From the NCBI GenBank assembly GCA_937924675.1, contig CALEVL010000173.1, forward strand, positions 284-64,283: a stretch of 64,000 bases of DNA. The letters are read 5' to 3'. This document shows positions 11,575 through 21,273 of this stretch, piece by piece. The notes under the pieces were generated by a model. It made no database searches. It was not told where the DNA came from and saw nothing but the letters and a program-made list of their open reading frames with translations. Origin of the DNA: an uncultured Ignavibacteria bacterium. Lineage in GTDB: Bacteria; Bacteroidota; Ignavibacteria; Tepidaquicellales; Tepidaquicellaceae. The position numbers were made by a program, and so were the translations under genes. How positions within the stretch are numbered: the stretch's first letter is position 1; every line of letters starts with the position of its first letter.

Positions 11575-13116
11575 ATGATTACAAGTACGTCAACTGAAAT
11601 GGCAGGTGACTCATACTGTTTTTACCAAAAGTTGTTTGTCAAAGTGCTCATCAAATCAATACTAATTCTTCTAATCCCAACAGTTCTGTTTTCTCAATCT
11701 CTTACAAAGGAAAGAGCTGAAACATTTGCTCATAACTTGTTTTACAATTCTGACTCTCTTAGGGGGTACTTTGCTGAGTCAACTCTGGAAATGTCTGAGC
11801 GTCTTGGAATAGAATACGAGGGCGTAAAATTGAAGTGCCTGATATCAAATGATTTCGATGACAGTATCAAATGGCTTATCAATGACAATCAGCAAAGCTA
11901 TGCGTTGCTTGTTGAAGATCTTGGAGAAGAATACTCAAAGCTTAAGATCAATGTGAATGACAAATCAATTCAATTCTACTTCAAAGATTCGCTGTGTATT
12001 TCTTCTCTGGAATACCTGTGTCGAAATTGGGTAATTCGCGAAAGCGAACATTTCAATTTTGTGATTAGTGATACATTTTTATTCAATGAAAATAATATTG
12101 AAAGTCTCGAGCGGTTTCTTCAACAAGCCGCAACAAAGCTTGGACTGTCTGTTGCCGATATGAATAAACTAAGCAAAGAAAAAATAATCTATTATTTTTG
12201 CAGGGACGAAGGAGAGATTCGGGAAGTGACGGGATATGAAGCGAAGGGTATGTACAATCTTGCTTATGATGCAATATTGTCTACTCACAATACTCACTAT
12301 CACGAGCTTATGCATTTGCTGGTCAATTTCAGGCTGTGTAAGCTTCCGCTTTATACTCATCCATTACTTCAGGAAGGAATTGCAGTTGCATTAGGAGGAA
12401 GGGGAGGTATGTCAGGCAAGATACTTTTGCGTTTGGGCAGTTACTTATTCACTTCGGGATTAGTGTACCCAAGTTCAATTCTTACAAAGAATGAATTTTC
12501 CGAACTTGATCCATCGCTTGGTTATCCGGCCGCAGGAATATTTTGTGATTTTTTTGTTAGAAAATTTGGGATCAATCAATTTTTGAAATTGTACATGAAC
12601 CACAGCGGCAGCGCTGATGATGAAAGAGTAAGTGTTGTTAAATCAGAAGAGGTTGGTGATACAGCAGGATGGATGGAGTATCTTGAAATGAATTTATCTG
12701 ACAATGACATTAGCATTGACACATTGCACGGTGAAGAAAAAATCATAATAAACAATGAGTCACTTAAGATTACGCACGACGATGAAGAATATTATTTCCG
12801 GACAAACGGGTATGTGGTGATTTCATCAGGTGAGCAATATCATGATTTTCGAAGCAAGAAATTTTACGAGTTGATTCCAAATGGTGTATACAGGGGAGAG
12901 AAATATCTTATAAGAGCAGACGATGATGAAGTAGCGGTTTATAATCTGTTTGATAACGAGGTAATTGACGGATACTTTGGGTCTCTTTATTATCCTGCTG
13001 TCAGCATCCCAAAGAAAGGCAACAACTATTTTTTCTCCATTCAGAAAAGAGCATTTGATGAACCTTTGCAGGAAATGAGAATTGAAGTGTTGCATCCAAA
13101 TGTTGAACTCAGATAG
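11575..13116 (+). CDS. Secreted zinc-metallopeptidase-like protein (HExxH, peptidase-MA-like)
   Basis: 513-aa ORF with signal-like segment KVLIKSILILLIPTVLFSQS, HExxH motif YHELMHLL and a downstream LLQEGIAVALGG (Glu third-ligand-like). The start is uncertain: ATG 11575, ATG 11599 and TTG 11632 are all possible. Confidence 0.6.
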   Translation: MITSTSTEMAGDSYCFYQKLFVKVLIKSILILLIPTVLFSQSLTKERAETFAHNLFYNSDSLRGYFAESTLEMSERLGIEYEGVKLKCLISNDFDDSIKWLINDNQQSYALLVEDLGEEYSKLKINVNDKSIQFYFKDSLCISSLEYLCRNWVIRESEHFNFVISDTFLFNENNIESLERFLQQAATKLGLSVADMNKLSKEKIIYYFCRDEGEIREVTGYEAKGMYNLAYDAILSTHNTHYHELMHLLVNFRLCKLPLYTHPLLQEGIAVALGGRGGMSGKILLRLGSYLFTSGLVYPSSILTKNEFSELDPSLGYPAAGIFCDFFVRKFGINQFLKLYMNHSGSADDERVSVVKSEEVGDTAGWMEYLEMNLSDNDISIDTLHGEEKIIINNESLKITHDDEEYYFRTNGYVVISSGEQYHDFRSKKFYELIPNGVYRGEKYLIRADDDEVAVYNLFDNEVIDGYFGSLYYPAVSIPKKGNNYFFSIQKRAFDEPLQEMRIEVLHPNVELR

Positions 13117-13300
13117 ACGAATTCGCCATCTGCTAAAATTAGCACACTCGATTTGTAGAACCAGGCTAAGTAATACATTTTAGATACCGAATTTAAACTA
13201 CTTAAAGAAATATCCAAACAAACCTGCCGGTAACTGACAAAAATTCCTTCTGTATTCTGTTGCAAAGTAATCTGCCTGCCGCCTCGTTCCAATTATTGAT

Positions 13301-13328
13301 TTGACTTTTGAATTAAATTGCCTATTTT
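13301..13328 (+). promoter_or_regulatory. Candidate dcw (Pmra-like) promoter
   Basis: -35 TTGACT (13301-13306), a 16-nt spacer, and -10 TATTTT (13323-13328). It sits immediately upstream of the MraZ-box repeats. Confidence 0.4.
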
Positions 13329-13334
13329 TGTATC

Positions 13335-13361
13335 AAAGTGGTAAAAAGTGGGGAAAAGTGG
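13335..13361 (+). promoter_or_regulatory. Three direct AAAGTGG repeats with 10-bp period (MraZ operator-like)
   Basis: AAAGTGG at 13335-13341, 13345-13351 and 13355-13361, which is 47 nt upstream of the mraZ start. Confidence 0.65.
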
Positions 13362-13407
13362 AAAATAATTTTCCCGTTCAGAAAACGGCAAAAACAAAAG
13401 AAAATTA

Positions 13408-13863
13408 ATGTTTCAGGGGCATTCGGTTTGCAGTCTTGACACTAAGTCAAGATTAATGCTGCCGACCAAATTTCGAAAATTCATTAGACCGGAAGCGGAT
13501 AACAAACTTGTTCTCACGCGCGGCCTCGACGAATGCCTGCTTATGTATCCACTCGATGAATGGGAAAAAGTAAAGAGCGGTCTTTCCAGTTATAATCAAT
13601 TCAATGCTGAACAGAGATTTTTCATAAGACAATTTCTCAGCCTGGTAAATGAAGTTGAACTTGACTCTCAGAACAGGATACTCATCCCTCCGCAACTTAT
13701 GCAATTTGCCAAATTAAAGAAAGAAGTAATTGTACTCGGTTTGCTTGACAAGATGGAGATATGGGATCCTGATATCAAGCAAAGCTATGATACGTCAATG
13801 TCAAAGTCTTACGAAGAGATTGCCGAAAAAGTATCGGAGATAATAAATTCTCCGAAACTCTGA
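13408..13863 (+). CDS. mraZ: Division/cell wall cluster transcriptional regulator MraZ
   Basis: 151 aa with a duplicated SpoVT/AbrB-like half-site pattern (LDTKSRLMLP and LDSQNRILIPP). First gene of the dcw cluster. Confidence 0.95.
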   Translation: MFQGHSVCSLDTKSRLMLPTKFRKFIRPEADNKLVLTRGLDECLLMYPLDEWEKVKSGLSSYNQFNAEQRFFIRQFLSLVNEVELDSQNRILIPPQLMQFAKLKKEVIVLGLLDKMEIWDPDIKQSYDTSMSKSYEEIAEKVSEIINSPKL

Positions 13864-13879
13864 GACACTAATTACGAAG

Positions 13880-14797
13880 GTGTCCGGTGAATTCCATATT
13901 CCTGTTCTTTCTCACGAAGCAGTTGAACTGCTTATCAACTCCAGGCTTCGAAACAGGATATATGTTGACGGTACTCTCGGAGCGGGCGGCTACACCAAGT
14001 TGATCTGCGAGCTTACCGAATCTTCGGACAGGATTGTTGCTATTGACAAGGATCTTAACGCAATTAACTTTGCATCGGAGCAGCTCGGGTTTTGCTCGAA
14101 TCGGCTTACGATAGTGGAAGGAAATTTTGGAGAAACAGACAAACTGCTTGCAGGCATCGGTGTCAGTTCGATTTCAGGAATCGTTCTTGATCTAGGTCTC
14201 TCCTCCTTTCAGCTGGAGCATGAAGATGGATTCAGCTATATGCGAGATACACAGCTTGACATGCGGGCTTCAAAGTCAGACAAGCTAACGGCAGAGGATG
14301 TGATAAACGAATACGATGCAAAGAGTCTCGAGAGGCTTTTTGAAGAATACGGAGACATCGGAAAGGCAAGAAGACTTGTAGTTGCAATAACGACTGCAAG
14401 AAGGAAGAAGCGGATTTCGATGACTTTTGAACTGGCGGAAGTAATAGAGAACGAATACAAGATCGGAAGAAAGAACAAGATGGATTTTCTCTCGAAGATA
14501 TTTCAGGCATTGCGTATCGAAGTGAATAATGAGATGCAGAATCTGAAGTACGTTCTTGATACAGCGTTAAGAATAACAGAGACCGGCGGCAGGATTGTTG
14601 TAGTATCATATCATTCGCTGGAAGACAGGATTGTAAAGAATTTTTTCCGTGACCATTATTACAAGAAAAGGATTGACAACGAAGAAGGAAAGTTCTTAAA
14701 CATACTTACTAAAAAACCGGTAATACCGGCATTTCAGGAAATTAAAGCCAACAGAAGATCTCGCAGCGCGAAACTCCGTGCGGCAGAAATAATCTGA
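13880..14797 (+). CDS. rsmH: 16S rRNA (cytosine1402-N4)-methyltransferase RsmH
   Basis: GTG start. HIPVLSHEAVELL and DGTLGAGGY SAM-binding motifs. Follows mraZ. Confidence 0.95.
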   Translation: MSGEFHIPVLSHEAVELLINSRLRNRIYVDGTLGAGGYTKLICELTESSDRIVAIDKDLNAINFASEQLGFCSNRLTIVEGNFGETDKLLAGIGVSSISGIVLDLGLSSFQLEHEDGFSYMRDTQLDMRASKSDKLTAEDVINEYDAKSLERLFEEYGDIGKARRLVVAITTARRKKRISMTFELAEVIENEYKIGRKNKMDFLSKIFQALRIEVNNEMQNLKYVLDTALRITETGGRIVVVSYHSLEDRIVKNFFRDHYYKKRIDNEEGKFLNILTKKPVIPAFQEIKANRRSRSAKLRAAEII

Positions 14798-14803
14798 ACA
14801 AAT

Positions 14804-15127
14804 ATGAAGAATACAAACAAGAAAAAAATCTCGCTGTTCTATCTTTTAATCACACTCATAATAACGTGTACTGTGATAGTAATATACATCAGCAGCAGCA
14901 TTCAGATAAACCGTCTTGCAGTAGGTAACAATTTACTGAAAGAAGAGATAAGAAGGAAAACACAGATCAACGATATGCTTCTCTCGGAGGTTGAAAAACT
15001 AAGCAGTTTTGACAGGATAAGCAATATTGCCGGAAGCAAATTTGCGTTAAAATACAAAGAGTCATCAATAAGCACGAACAAGAAAGTGGTGTTGAAAAAA
15101 TCAGATCTTTCAAAAGGATCATTTTGA
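14804..15127 (+). CDS. ftsL: Cell division protein FtsL-like
   Basis: 107 aa with a single N-terminal TM helix followed by a coiled-coil-like segment. Canonical position between rsmH and ftsI. Confidence 0.75.
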   Translation: MKNTNKKKISLFYLLITLIITCTVIVIYISSSIQINRLAVGNNLLKEEIRRKTQINDMLLSEVEKLSSFDRISNIAGSKFALKYKESSISTNKKVVLKKSDLSKGSF

Positions 15128-17304
15128 ACTACAAAGTCTATAAGAGCCCTGATAAGCCATTGATTCAGAGAAGGAAGATCAACCTGGTCTTTCTTCTCCT
15201 GTTTGGAGTATTCGTTGCAATACTGGTCAATCTTGTAAGGGTTCAGCTTATAGACTCCGAGAAATACAAAACAGCAGCACGAAAGCAATACGAGAGCAAA
15301 TTTGTTCTTGCACCGTTCAGGGGGTTGATCTTTGACAGGAATATGAATGTGCTGGTTTCGAATTCATACGAGCTGTCGTTTGCAGCTGATCCAAACATGG
15401 TTACAGATGCGGAGAGAACAGCTGAGCTATTCTCAAGAACATTCGGAAAAAATAAGGATGAATATCTACAGAAACTTAATTCCCCAAACACTTCATTCAT
15501 ATATCTGGAGAAGAAAATTGAAGCAACAAGTGTAAACGGTTTAGATACGCTTGATATTCCCGGAATAATAGTTCTGAAAGAGCCGAAGAGAATTTACAAC
15601 TACGGAAGTCTTGCTTCACAGGTGATAGGATTTACAAATGCAGAAAACAAAGGGCAGACGGGAATAGAGCTTTCAATGGACAATGTTCTTTCCGGCAAGG
15701 AAGGCTTTGTAATCATGCAGCGGGATGGAAAGGGAAACAACCGTCCGTCTCCGGAGTTTCCGAAGAAGGATGCTGAGAACGGGAACAACATTGTTCTAAC
15801 AATTGACATGAATGTTCAGAGATTTGCAGAGGAAGAACTTGCTGCCGGTGTGAAGGAATTCAATGCCGACGGCGGGAAGGCAGTTGTAATTTCTGTTAAG
15901 ACAGGTGAGGTCATTGCAATGTGTTCATATCCGACATTTGATCCGAACAAGATCACAATACAGGATACAGTTGGTATGAAGAATGCAGTGATCTCGGACA
16001 TTTATGAACCAGGCTCAACATTCAAAATTATTTCTGCTGCGGCATCTCTTGAAGAGAATATAGAGAACAAGAATTCGATAATTCAGACCGAGAGTATCAA
16101 TGAAGTAAAAGGCATTGGAATTACTGATGTCCATACGTCAAAGAGCATGACATTTCAGGAAGTGCTGGAGCAATCAAGCAACGTTGGGTTTGGAAAGATA
16201 GCGCTCAAGATCGGATCTGAAAGATTTTACAAATATTCACGCGACTTTGGTTTTGGTATTTACAGCGGAGTGGAGCTTCCCGGGGAAAATAAAGGATTGC
16301 TGAAGAGGCCGATAGACTTTTCATCGTTCTCACTTCCATACATGTCAATTGGTTACGAAGTACTGGTCAATGCAATGCAGATTTCAAATGCATACGCTGC
16401 GGTGGCCAATAAGGGCATGATGATGAAATCATATATAGTTAAGAAGGAGACAACATCAGGCGGGGAAACTATTTTTGAAAACAAGCCGAATCAATTGAGG
16501 CAGGTTATTTCAGAAAGCACATCAAGGAATCTCACTGATCTTCTTACGGGCGTTGTTGAAAGAGGTACCGGAACGGATGCTAAGCTAGAAGGAGTGAAAG
16601 TTGCCGGGAAGACGGGCACTTCACAGAGACTTGTGGAAGGTAAGTATTCCAGCAGTTCACACAATGCCTCATTTGTCGGATATCTTCCGGCAGATGATCC
16701 GAAGATCCTGATCACGGTCATCCTGAATAACCCAAAGTCAGGTGAATTTTACGGCGGTAAGGTAGCGGCTCCTATCTTCAAAAGAATAGCACAGAAGATA
16801 GTTGACTTTGCCGGAGAAGGAAACACAGAGCTCAGCAGATTTTCAAATGTGAATTTCAATCCATCTCAGATTGAAAATAACCAGATTGAAGTTGACAACA
16901 GAATTATGATGCCGAATGTATTGAATCTGAAATTGGAAACAGCGACAGGAATACTCGAAGAATCCGGATTGAAGTTTGAAGTGATAAATGAAGGCAATTC
17001 TGCATCTGCAGGAGGAGTTATTATAGTAACCTCGCAGCAGCCGGAAGCCAATGTGTCAGTGAATGTGGAATCAGGTTTGACCGTGAAGCTAATAGTAAAG
17101 AGTACTGAAATTAAAGATGACAGACTCCTGGTGGTTCCGGATGTAAGAGGAATGAGTGTAAGGAAGGGAATGAACAAGATCCTTGGAAGTGGATTCGAGA
17201 TCGCAATTGACGGCAGCGGAAAGATCATTGATCAGACGCCCGCACCAGGAACAAAGCAATTGCCGGGTTCAAAGATATTAATTTACTGCGGAGAAAAGCC
17301 ATGA
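15124..17304 (+). CDS. ftsI: Penicillin-binding protein (FtsI/PBP3-type transpeptidase) with two C-terminal PASTA-like domains
   Basis: TTG start overlapping the ftsL stop. N-terminal TM helix. Motifs SxxK (GSTFK), SxN (SSN) and KTG (AGKTGTS). PASTA-like repeats cover the last 131 aa. Confidence 0.93.
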   Translation: MNYKVYKSPDKPLIQRRKINLVFLLLFGVFVAILVNLVRVQLIDSEKYKTAARKQYESKFVLAPFRGLIFDRNMNVLVSNSYELSFAADPNMVTDAERTAELFSRTFGKNKDEYLQKLNSPNTSFIYLEKKIEATSVNGLDTLDIPGIIVLKEPKRIYNYGSLASQVIGFTNAENKGQTGIELSMDNVLSGKEGFVIMQRDGKGNNRPSPEFPKKDAENGNNIVLTIDMNVQRFAEEELAAGVKEFNADGGKAVVISVKTGEVIAMCSYPTFDPNKITIQDTVGMKNAVISDIYEPGSTFKIISAAASLEENIENKNSIIQTESINEVKGIGITDVHTSKSMTFQEVLEQSSNVGFGKIALKIGSERFYKYSRDFGFGIYSGVELPGENKGLLKRPIDFSSFSLPYMSIGYEVLVNAMQISNAYAAVANKGMMMKSYIVKKETTSGGETIFENKPNQLRQVISESTSRNLTDLLTGVVERGTGTDAKLEGVKVAGKTGTSQRLVEGKYSSSSHNASFVGYLPADDPKILITVILNNPKSGEFYGGKVAAPIFKRIAQKIVDFAGEGNTELSRFSNVNFNPSQIENNQIEVDNRIMMPNVLNLKLETATGILEESGLKFEVINEGNSASAGGVIIVTSQQPEANVSVNVESGLTVKLIVKSTEIKDDRLLVVPDVRGMSVRKGMNKILGSGFEIAIDGSGKIIDQTPAPGTKQLPGSKILIYCGEKP

Positions 17305-18776
17305 AGTTCTCCGAGTTAATGAGCAAAAGCAGCGAATCATTTTCTGAATTTACCGGAAGAGATTTTATTGTTACAGGTCTTGCTTATGACTCAAGGAAAA
17401 TTGAACCCGGAAATGTATTCTTTGCGATCAAAGGACTCAAGGATGACGGATCGAAGTATATTAAAGATGCAATTTCAAAAGGTGCATCAGCAGTGATAAT
17501 TGAGTCATCAGCGGATAAGTTAAATGATGAAAGAGAAGTTACGACAGCAAGAATAAGAAAGGCAATGGCTTCAATGAGCAAAGTACTTCATGGTGATCCT
17601 TCTTCAAAGCTCGGGCTCATTGGCATTACGGGTACAAACGGAAAGACAACTACCGCATTTCTTACCAGAAGCATTTTTGAACATGCCGGATTGTCATGCG
17701 GGTTAATTGGTACAATAAATTTTGAATTCGGCTCTGTGAAAGGCGGAGCATCGCTCACTACTCCCGACTCTGTTGAACTAAATATTCTTCTCAGAGAAAT
17801 GGTTGATGCAGGAATGAAGTATTGCGCAATGGAAGTCTCTTCCATAGCAATAGTAATGGACAGAGTTTACGGTCTGGATTTTCGCACGGCATTGTTTACG
17901 AATCTCACAAGTGAGCATCTTGATTTTCATGGAAGTATGGACGAATATTTCAAAGCAAAGAAGATACTCTTTGACGGACTTAAAGCAGGGAGCTCGGCAA
18001 TTTCAAATATGGATGATCAATATGGTGAATCAATTCTTGCAGAAACTGAAGCCGACAAGTTTTTCTATTCCGTTGAGAGATCGAGTGATCTCAAACCGGA
18101 GAAAATGAACATATCGGTTTCCGGAATCAGTTTTGAATTGAGATACAGAGGCGAAGCACAGCGTATAAAGTCAGGCCTGACAGGAAAATTCAATGCTTAT
18201 AACATACTTGCATCTGCATCCATTGCACTTAAAAACGGAGTTGATCTGAAGACTATATCAGAGGCTGTAGAAAGCTTTGAATCTGTCCCCGGGAGATTTA
18301 ACAGGGTCGATCTGCCAAATGGTGCAGCAGCAGTAGTTGACTACTCACACACTTCGGATTCACTTAAGAATGCTATCGAAGCTGCACGTGATCTGGTGGA
18401 ACTAGGGCAAGAAGGAGGAAAGGTAATTACAATTTTCGGTTGCGGCGGCAATAAGGACAAGACAAAACGTCCGGTGATGGGAAAGCTTGCAGTTAAGCTC
18501 TCTGATCATGCAATAATAACATCAGACAATCCAAGATATGAAGATCCATATGTGATCATAGATGAGATTGTTTCCGGAACAAACGGAAACACAAATTATG
18601 AAATAATAGAAGACAGGGAACAGGCAATCAAGAGGGGAATAGAATTATCCAAGCCGGGTGATATAGTGCTGATATGCGGGAAAGGACATGAGGACTATCA
18701 GGAAGTGAATGGTGTGAAGAAACATTTTGATGATCTTGAAATGGTTTCAAAGTACTCAGGTTTAGCGGGCCGCTGA
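17301..18776 (+). CDS. murE: UDP-N-acetylmuramoyl-L-alanyl-D-glutamate--2,6-diaminopimelate ligase
   Basis: P-loop GITGTNGKTTT. A DNPR motif (TSDNPRYEDP), typical of meso-DAP-adding MurE. ATGA overlap with ftsI. Confidence 0.95.
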   Translation: MKFSELMSKSSESFSEFTGRDFIVTGLAYDSRKIEPGNVFFAIKGLKDDGSKYIKDAISKGASAVIIESSADKLNDEREVTTARIRKAMASMSKVLHGDPSSKLGLIGITGTNGKTTTAFLTRSIFEHAGLSCGLIGTINFEFGSVKGGASLTTPDSVELNILLREMVDAGMKYCAMEVSSIAIVMDRVYGLDFRTALFTNLTSEHLDFHGSMDEYFKAKKILFDGLKAGSSAISNMDDQYGESILAETEADKFFYSVERSSDLKPEKMNISVSGISFELRYRGEAQRIKSGLTGKFNAYNILASASIALKNGVDLKTISEAVESFESVPGRFNRVDLPNGAAAVVDYSHTSDSLKNAIEAARDLVELGQEGGKVITIFGCGGNKDKTKRPVMGKLAVKLSDHAIITSDNPRYEDPYVIIDEIVSGTNGNTNYEIIEDREQAIKRGIELSKPGDIVLICGKGHEDYQEVNGVKKHFDDLEMVSKYSGLAGR

Positions 18777-20164
18777 TGATATCAATCAATGATCTTCTCA
18801 GTATAGGCAATCCTGCTTCGAAGACATTGAAAACAAATATCCGCGGATTCAAATCGGCAAAAATTGATTCAAGAGCGGTAAGGAAAAATGATTTGTTCTT
18901 TGCAATCAAGGGAGACAATACTGACGGACATAATTTTCTCAGAGATGCGTTCAACAATGGTGCCGGTGCCGCAGTGGTTGAAGAAAAGTGGCTGAGAAAA
19001 AATCCTAAAGGCATTCCCGGGAAGATTCTGGTAAGTGTCAAGGATACAGTGATTGCGCTTGGCGAGTTGGCTAAGATCCACAGAAGAAGATTTGACATTC
19101 CTGTGATCTGTATCGGAGGAGCGAACGGGAAAACGACAACCAAAGATCTGACTTCAGCAATCTTGTCGGAGAAGTATAAAGTTCTCAAGACAGAAGGAAA
19201 TCTGAACAATCACCTTGGGTTGCCAATGACACTTTTAAACCTTAAGAAAGATCATGAAATATGTGTGCTTGAAGTCGGGTGCAATCACTTTGGTGAGATC
19301 GAATATCTCTGCAGCATAGCCGAGCCGGACGCAGGACTGGTTACCAACATTGGTAAAGAGCATCTGGAGTTCTTCAAAAATCTTGAAGGCGTGGCACGTG
19401 CAGAGTTTGAATTGTATGAATATCTTAGGAAGAAGCACGGTGCAATTATGTTTTTCAATCTTGATGATAAGTTTATAAACAAATACTCAAAATCAATTCC
19501 CCATGAAAAAAGGATTACATATTCTTACGGCTTTGACTCGGATGTCAAAGGAAGATTTAAGGGCTATGAAAAGAATTTTCAACCTAGAATCGAGTTCGAA
19601 TCAGCATCAGGAAGATTTGAGTCCAGGGTATCAACCTTCGGAAAGCACTCCATCTACAATGGACTTGCGGCAGCAGTTGTGGGACATTTCTATGGAGTCG
19701 GAGCGGGAAAGATCAAAAAGGCACTGAGAATGTTTACCCCTTCCTCTTCAAAGAGAATGGAAGTTGCAAAGCTAAATGGGGTACTTGTTATCAACGATTC
19801 TTACAACAGTAATCCTGATTCAGTTAAGCTCGGTTTGGAAACTTTGTCAGAAGCTGAAGTCAAAGGCAATAAGCATGCAGTTCTTGGAGACATGCTTGAG
19901 CTCGGAAAGTCAAGTCGCACAGAGCATAGTGATATCGGAAAGTTTGCCGCTAAGCTGGGTATTGAAAATCTTTACACGTTTGGAAAGGAATCATATTCAA
20001 CTTTTGAGTCAGCAGGAAAGATCAGAAATAATTTTTACTTTGATGACAAAGATGATCTTGGCTTGTTTCTGAAGAAGAGAGTAAAGAAAGGTGATATTGT
20101 TTATGTGAAGGGTTCAAGAGGAATGAAGATGGAAGAGATCGTTAATTCATTAAGAGAAAACTGA
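18776..20164 (+). CDS. murF: UDP-N-acetylmuramoyl-tripeptide--D-alanyl-D-alanine ligase
   Basis: Mur ligase P-loop GGANGKTTTKD. Position between murE and mraY. Start overlaps the murE stop. Confidence 0.93.
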   Translation: MISINDLLSIGNPASKTLKTNIRGFKSAKIDSRAVRKNDLFFAIKGDNTDGHNFLRDAFNNGAGAAVVEEKWLRKNPKGIPGKILVSVKDTVIALGELAKIHRRRFDIPVICIGGANGKTTTKDLTSAILSEKYKVLKTEGNLNNHLGLPMTLLNLKKDHEICVLEVGCNHFGEIEYLCSIAEPDAGLVTNIGKEHLEFFKNLEGVARAEFELYEYLRKKHGAIMFFNLDDKFINKYSKSIPHEKRITYSYGFDSDVKGRFKGYEKNFQPRIEFESASGRFESRVSTFGKHSIYNGLAAAVVGHFYGVGAGKIKKALRMFTPSSSKRMEVAKLNGVLVINDSYNSNPDSVKLGLETLSEAEVKGNKHAVLGDMLELGKSSRTEHSDIGKFAAKLGIENLYTFGKESYSTFESAGKIRNNFYFDDKDDLGLFLKKRVKKGDIVYVKGSRGMKMEEIVNSLREN

Positions 20165-21273
20165 TGCTGTATAAACTTGCTGTTTGGATTAACGACACAT
20201 TTAATCCACCCGGGTTTGATATTTTCAGGTTTATCACTTTCCGGGCGGCACTTGCAGCTATTACGGCTTTGCTAATTAGTTTTATTGTTGGACCCAGGAT
20301 CATAAAATTTCTTCAGAAGAAGCAGATAGGCGAGGCAAGAAAGGAAGACGGTCCGCAATTCCATTGGTCAAAAGCAGGAACACCAACAATGGGTGGATTT
20401 ATTATTCTGTTGTCAATACTTCTTCCTGTTCTGATGTGGGGTGACCTTGAGAATATTTATGTGCTGATAATTCTGTTTGTAACTATTGCACTGGGAATAG
20501 TGGGATTCACTGACGACTATCTTAAAGTTGTGAAGAAATACAAAAAAGGATTGGCTGAAAGATATAAATTGCTGGGACAGTTAGCCGTGGGTTTGATTGT
20601 AGGATGTGCTATTTATTTCCTCCCGCAGTTTGAAGGAATTAATTCAGTAACTACCATACCGTTTCTAAAGAGTTTTCAATTTGATTTTTCGTATTTGTAT
20701 GTGCCGATAATTGTGTTCATAGTGACTGCAACATCTAACGCTGTCAACTTCACGGACGGGCTCGACGGTCTTGCAACGGGGACAGTCGGAATAGTTGTCT
20801 TTACTCTTGGAGTGATCGCGTATGTTTCGGGAAACATTGAGACTGCAAAGTATCTCAATATAATTTATCTCAGAGGAAACGGCGAACTTGTAATTTATTG
20901 TGCAGCAGTTTGCGGAGCGGCTCTGGGTTTTCTCTGGTATAATTTTTATCCCGCTCAGGTATTCATGGGTGATACGGGCTCACTGGCACTTGGTGGTGCA
21001 GTCGGTACACTTGCAGTGCTGGTGAAGAAAGAATTCATGCTCCCGTTGCTTGGCGGAATATTTTTTGTAGAAGCTCTTTCCGTGATTTTACAGAGATACT
21101 ATTTCAAGTATACAAGAGTAAGAACAGGAGAGGGAAAAAGAATTTTCAGAATGGCTCCGATTCATCATCATTTTGAACTGAAGGGTGTGCCTGAACCAAA
21201 GATCGTAATGAGATTTTACATTGTAGGAATAATTCTTGCAATTATTACACTGGCATCATTGAAAGTAAGATGA
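20164..21273 (+). CDS. mraY: Phospho-N-acetylmuramoyl-pentapeptide-transferase
   Basis: Polytopic membrane protein with NAVNFTDGLDGLA, MGDTGSLALGG and APIHHHFE motifs. Confidence 0.97.
   Translation: MLYKLAVWINDTFNPPGFDIFRFITFRAALAAITALLISFIVGPRIIKFLQKKQIGEARKEDGPQFHWSKAGTPTMGGFIILLSILLPVLMWGDLENIYVLIILFVTIALGIVGFTDDYLKVVKKYKKGLAERYKLLGQLAVGLIVGCAIYFLPQFEGINSVTTIPFLKSFQFDFSYLYVPIIVFIVTATSNAVNFTDGLDGLATGTVGIVVFTLGVIAYVSGNIETAKYLNIIYLRGNGELVIYCAAVCGAALGFLWYNFYPAQVFMGDTGSLALGGAVGTLAVLVKKEFMLPLLGGIFFVEALSVILQRYYFKYTRVRTGEGKRIFRMAPIHHHFELKGVPEPKIVMRFYIVGIILAIITLASLKVR

Noticed and set aside
13041-13292. An 83-aa minus-strand ORF spanning the 3' end of the peptidase-like gene and the spacer upstream of mraZ.
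   Set aside because: It overlaps a better-supported CDS on the other strand, and it has no start context or motifs.
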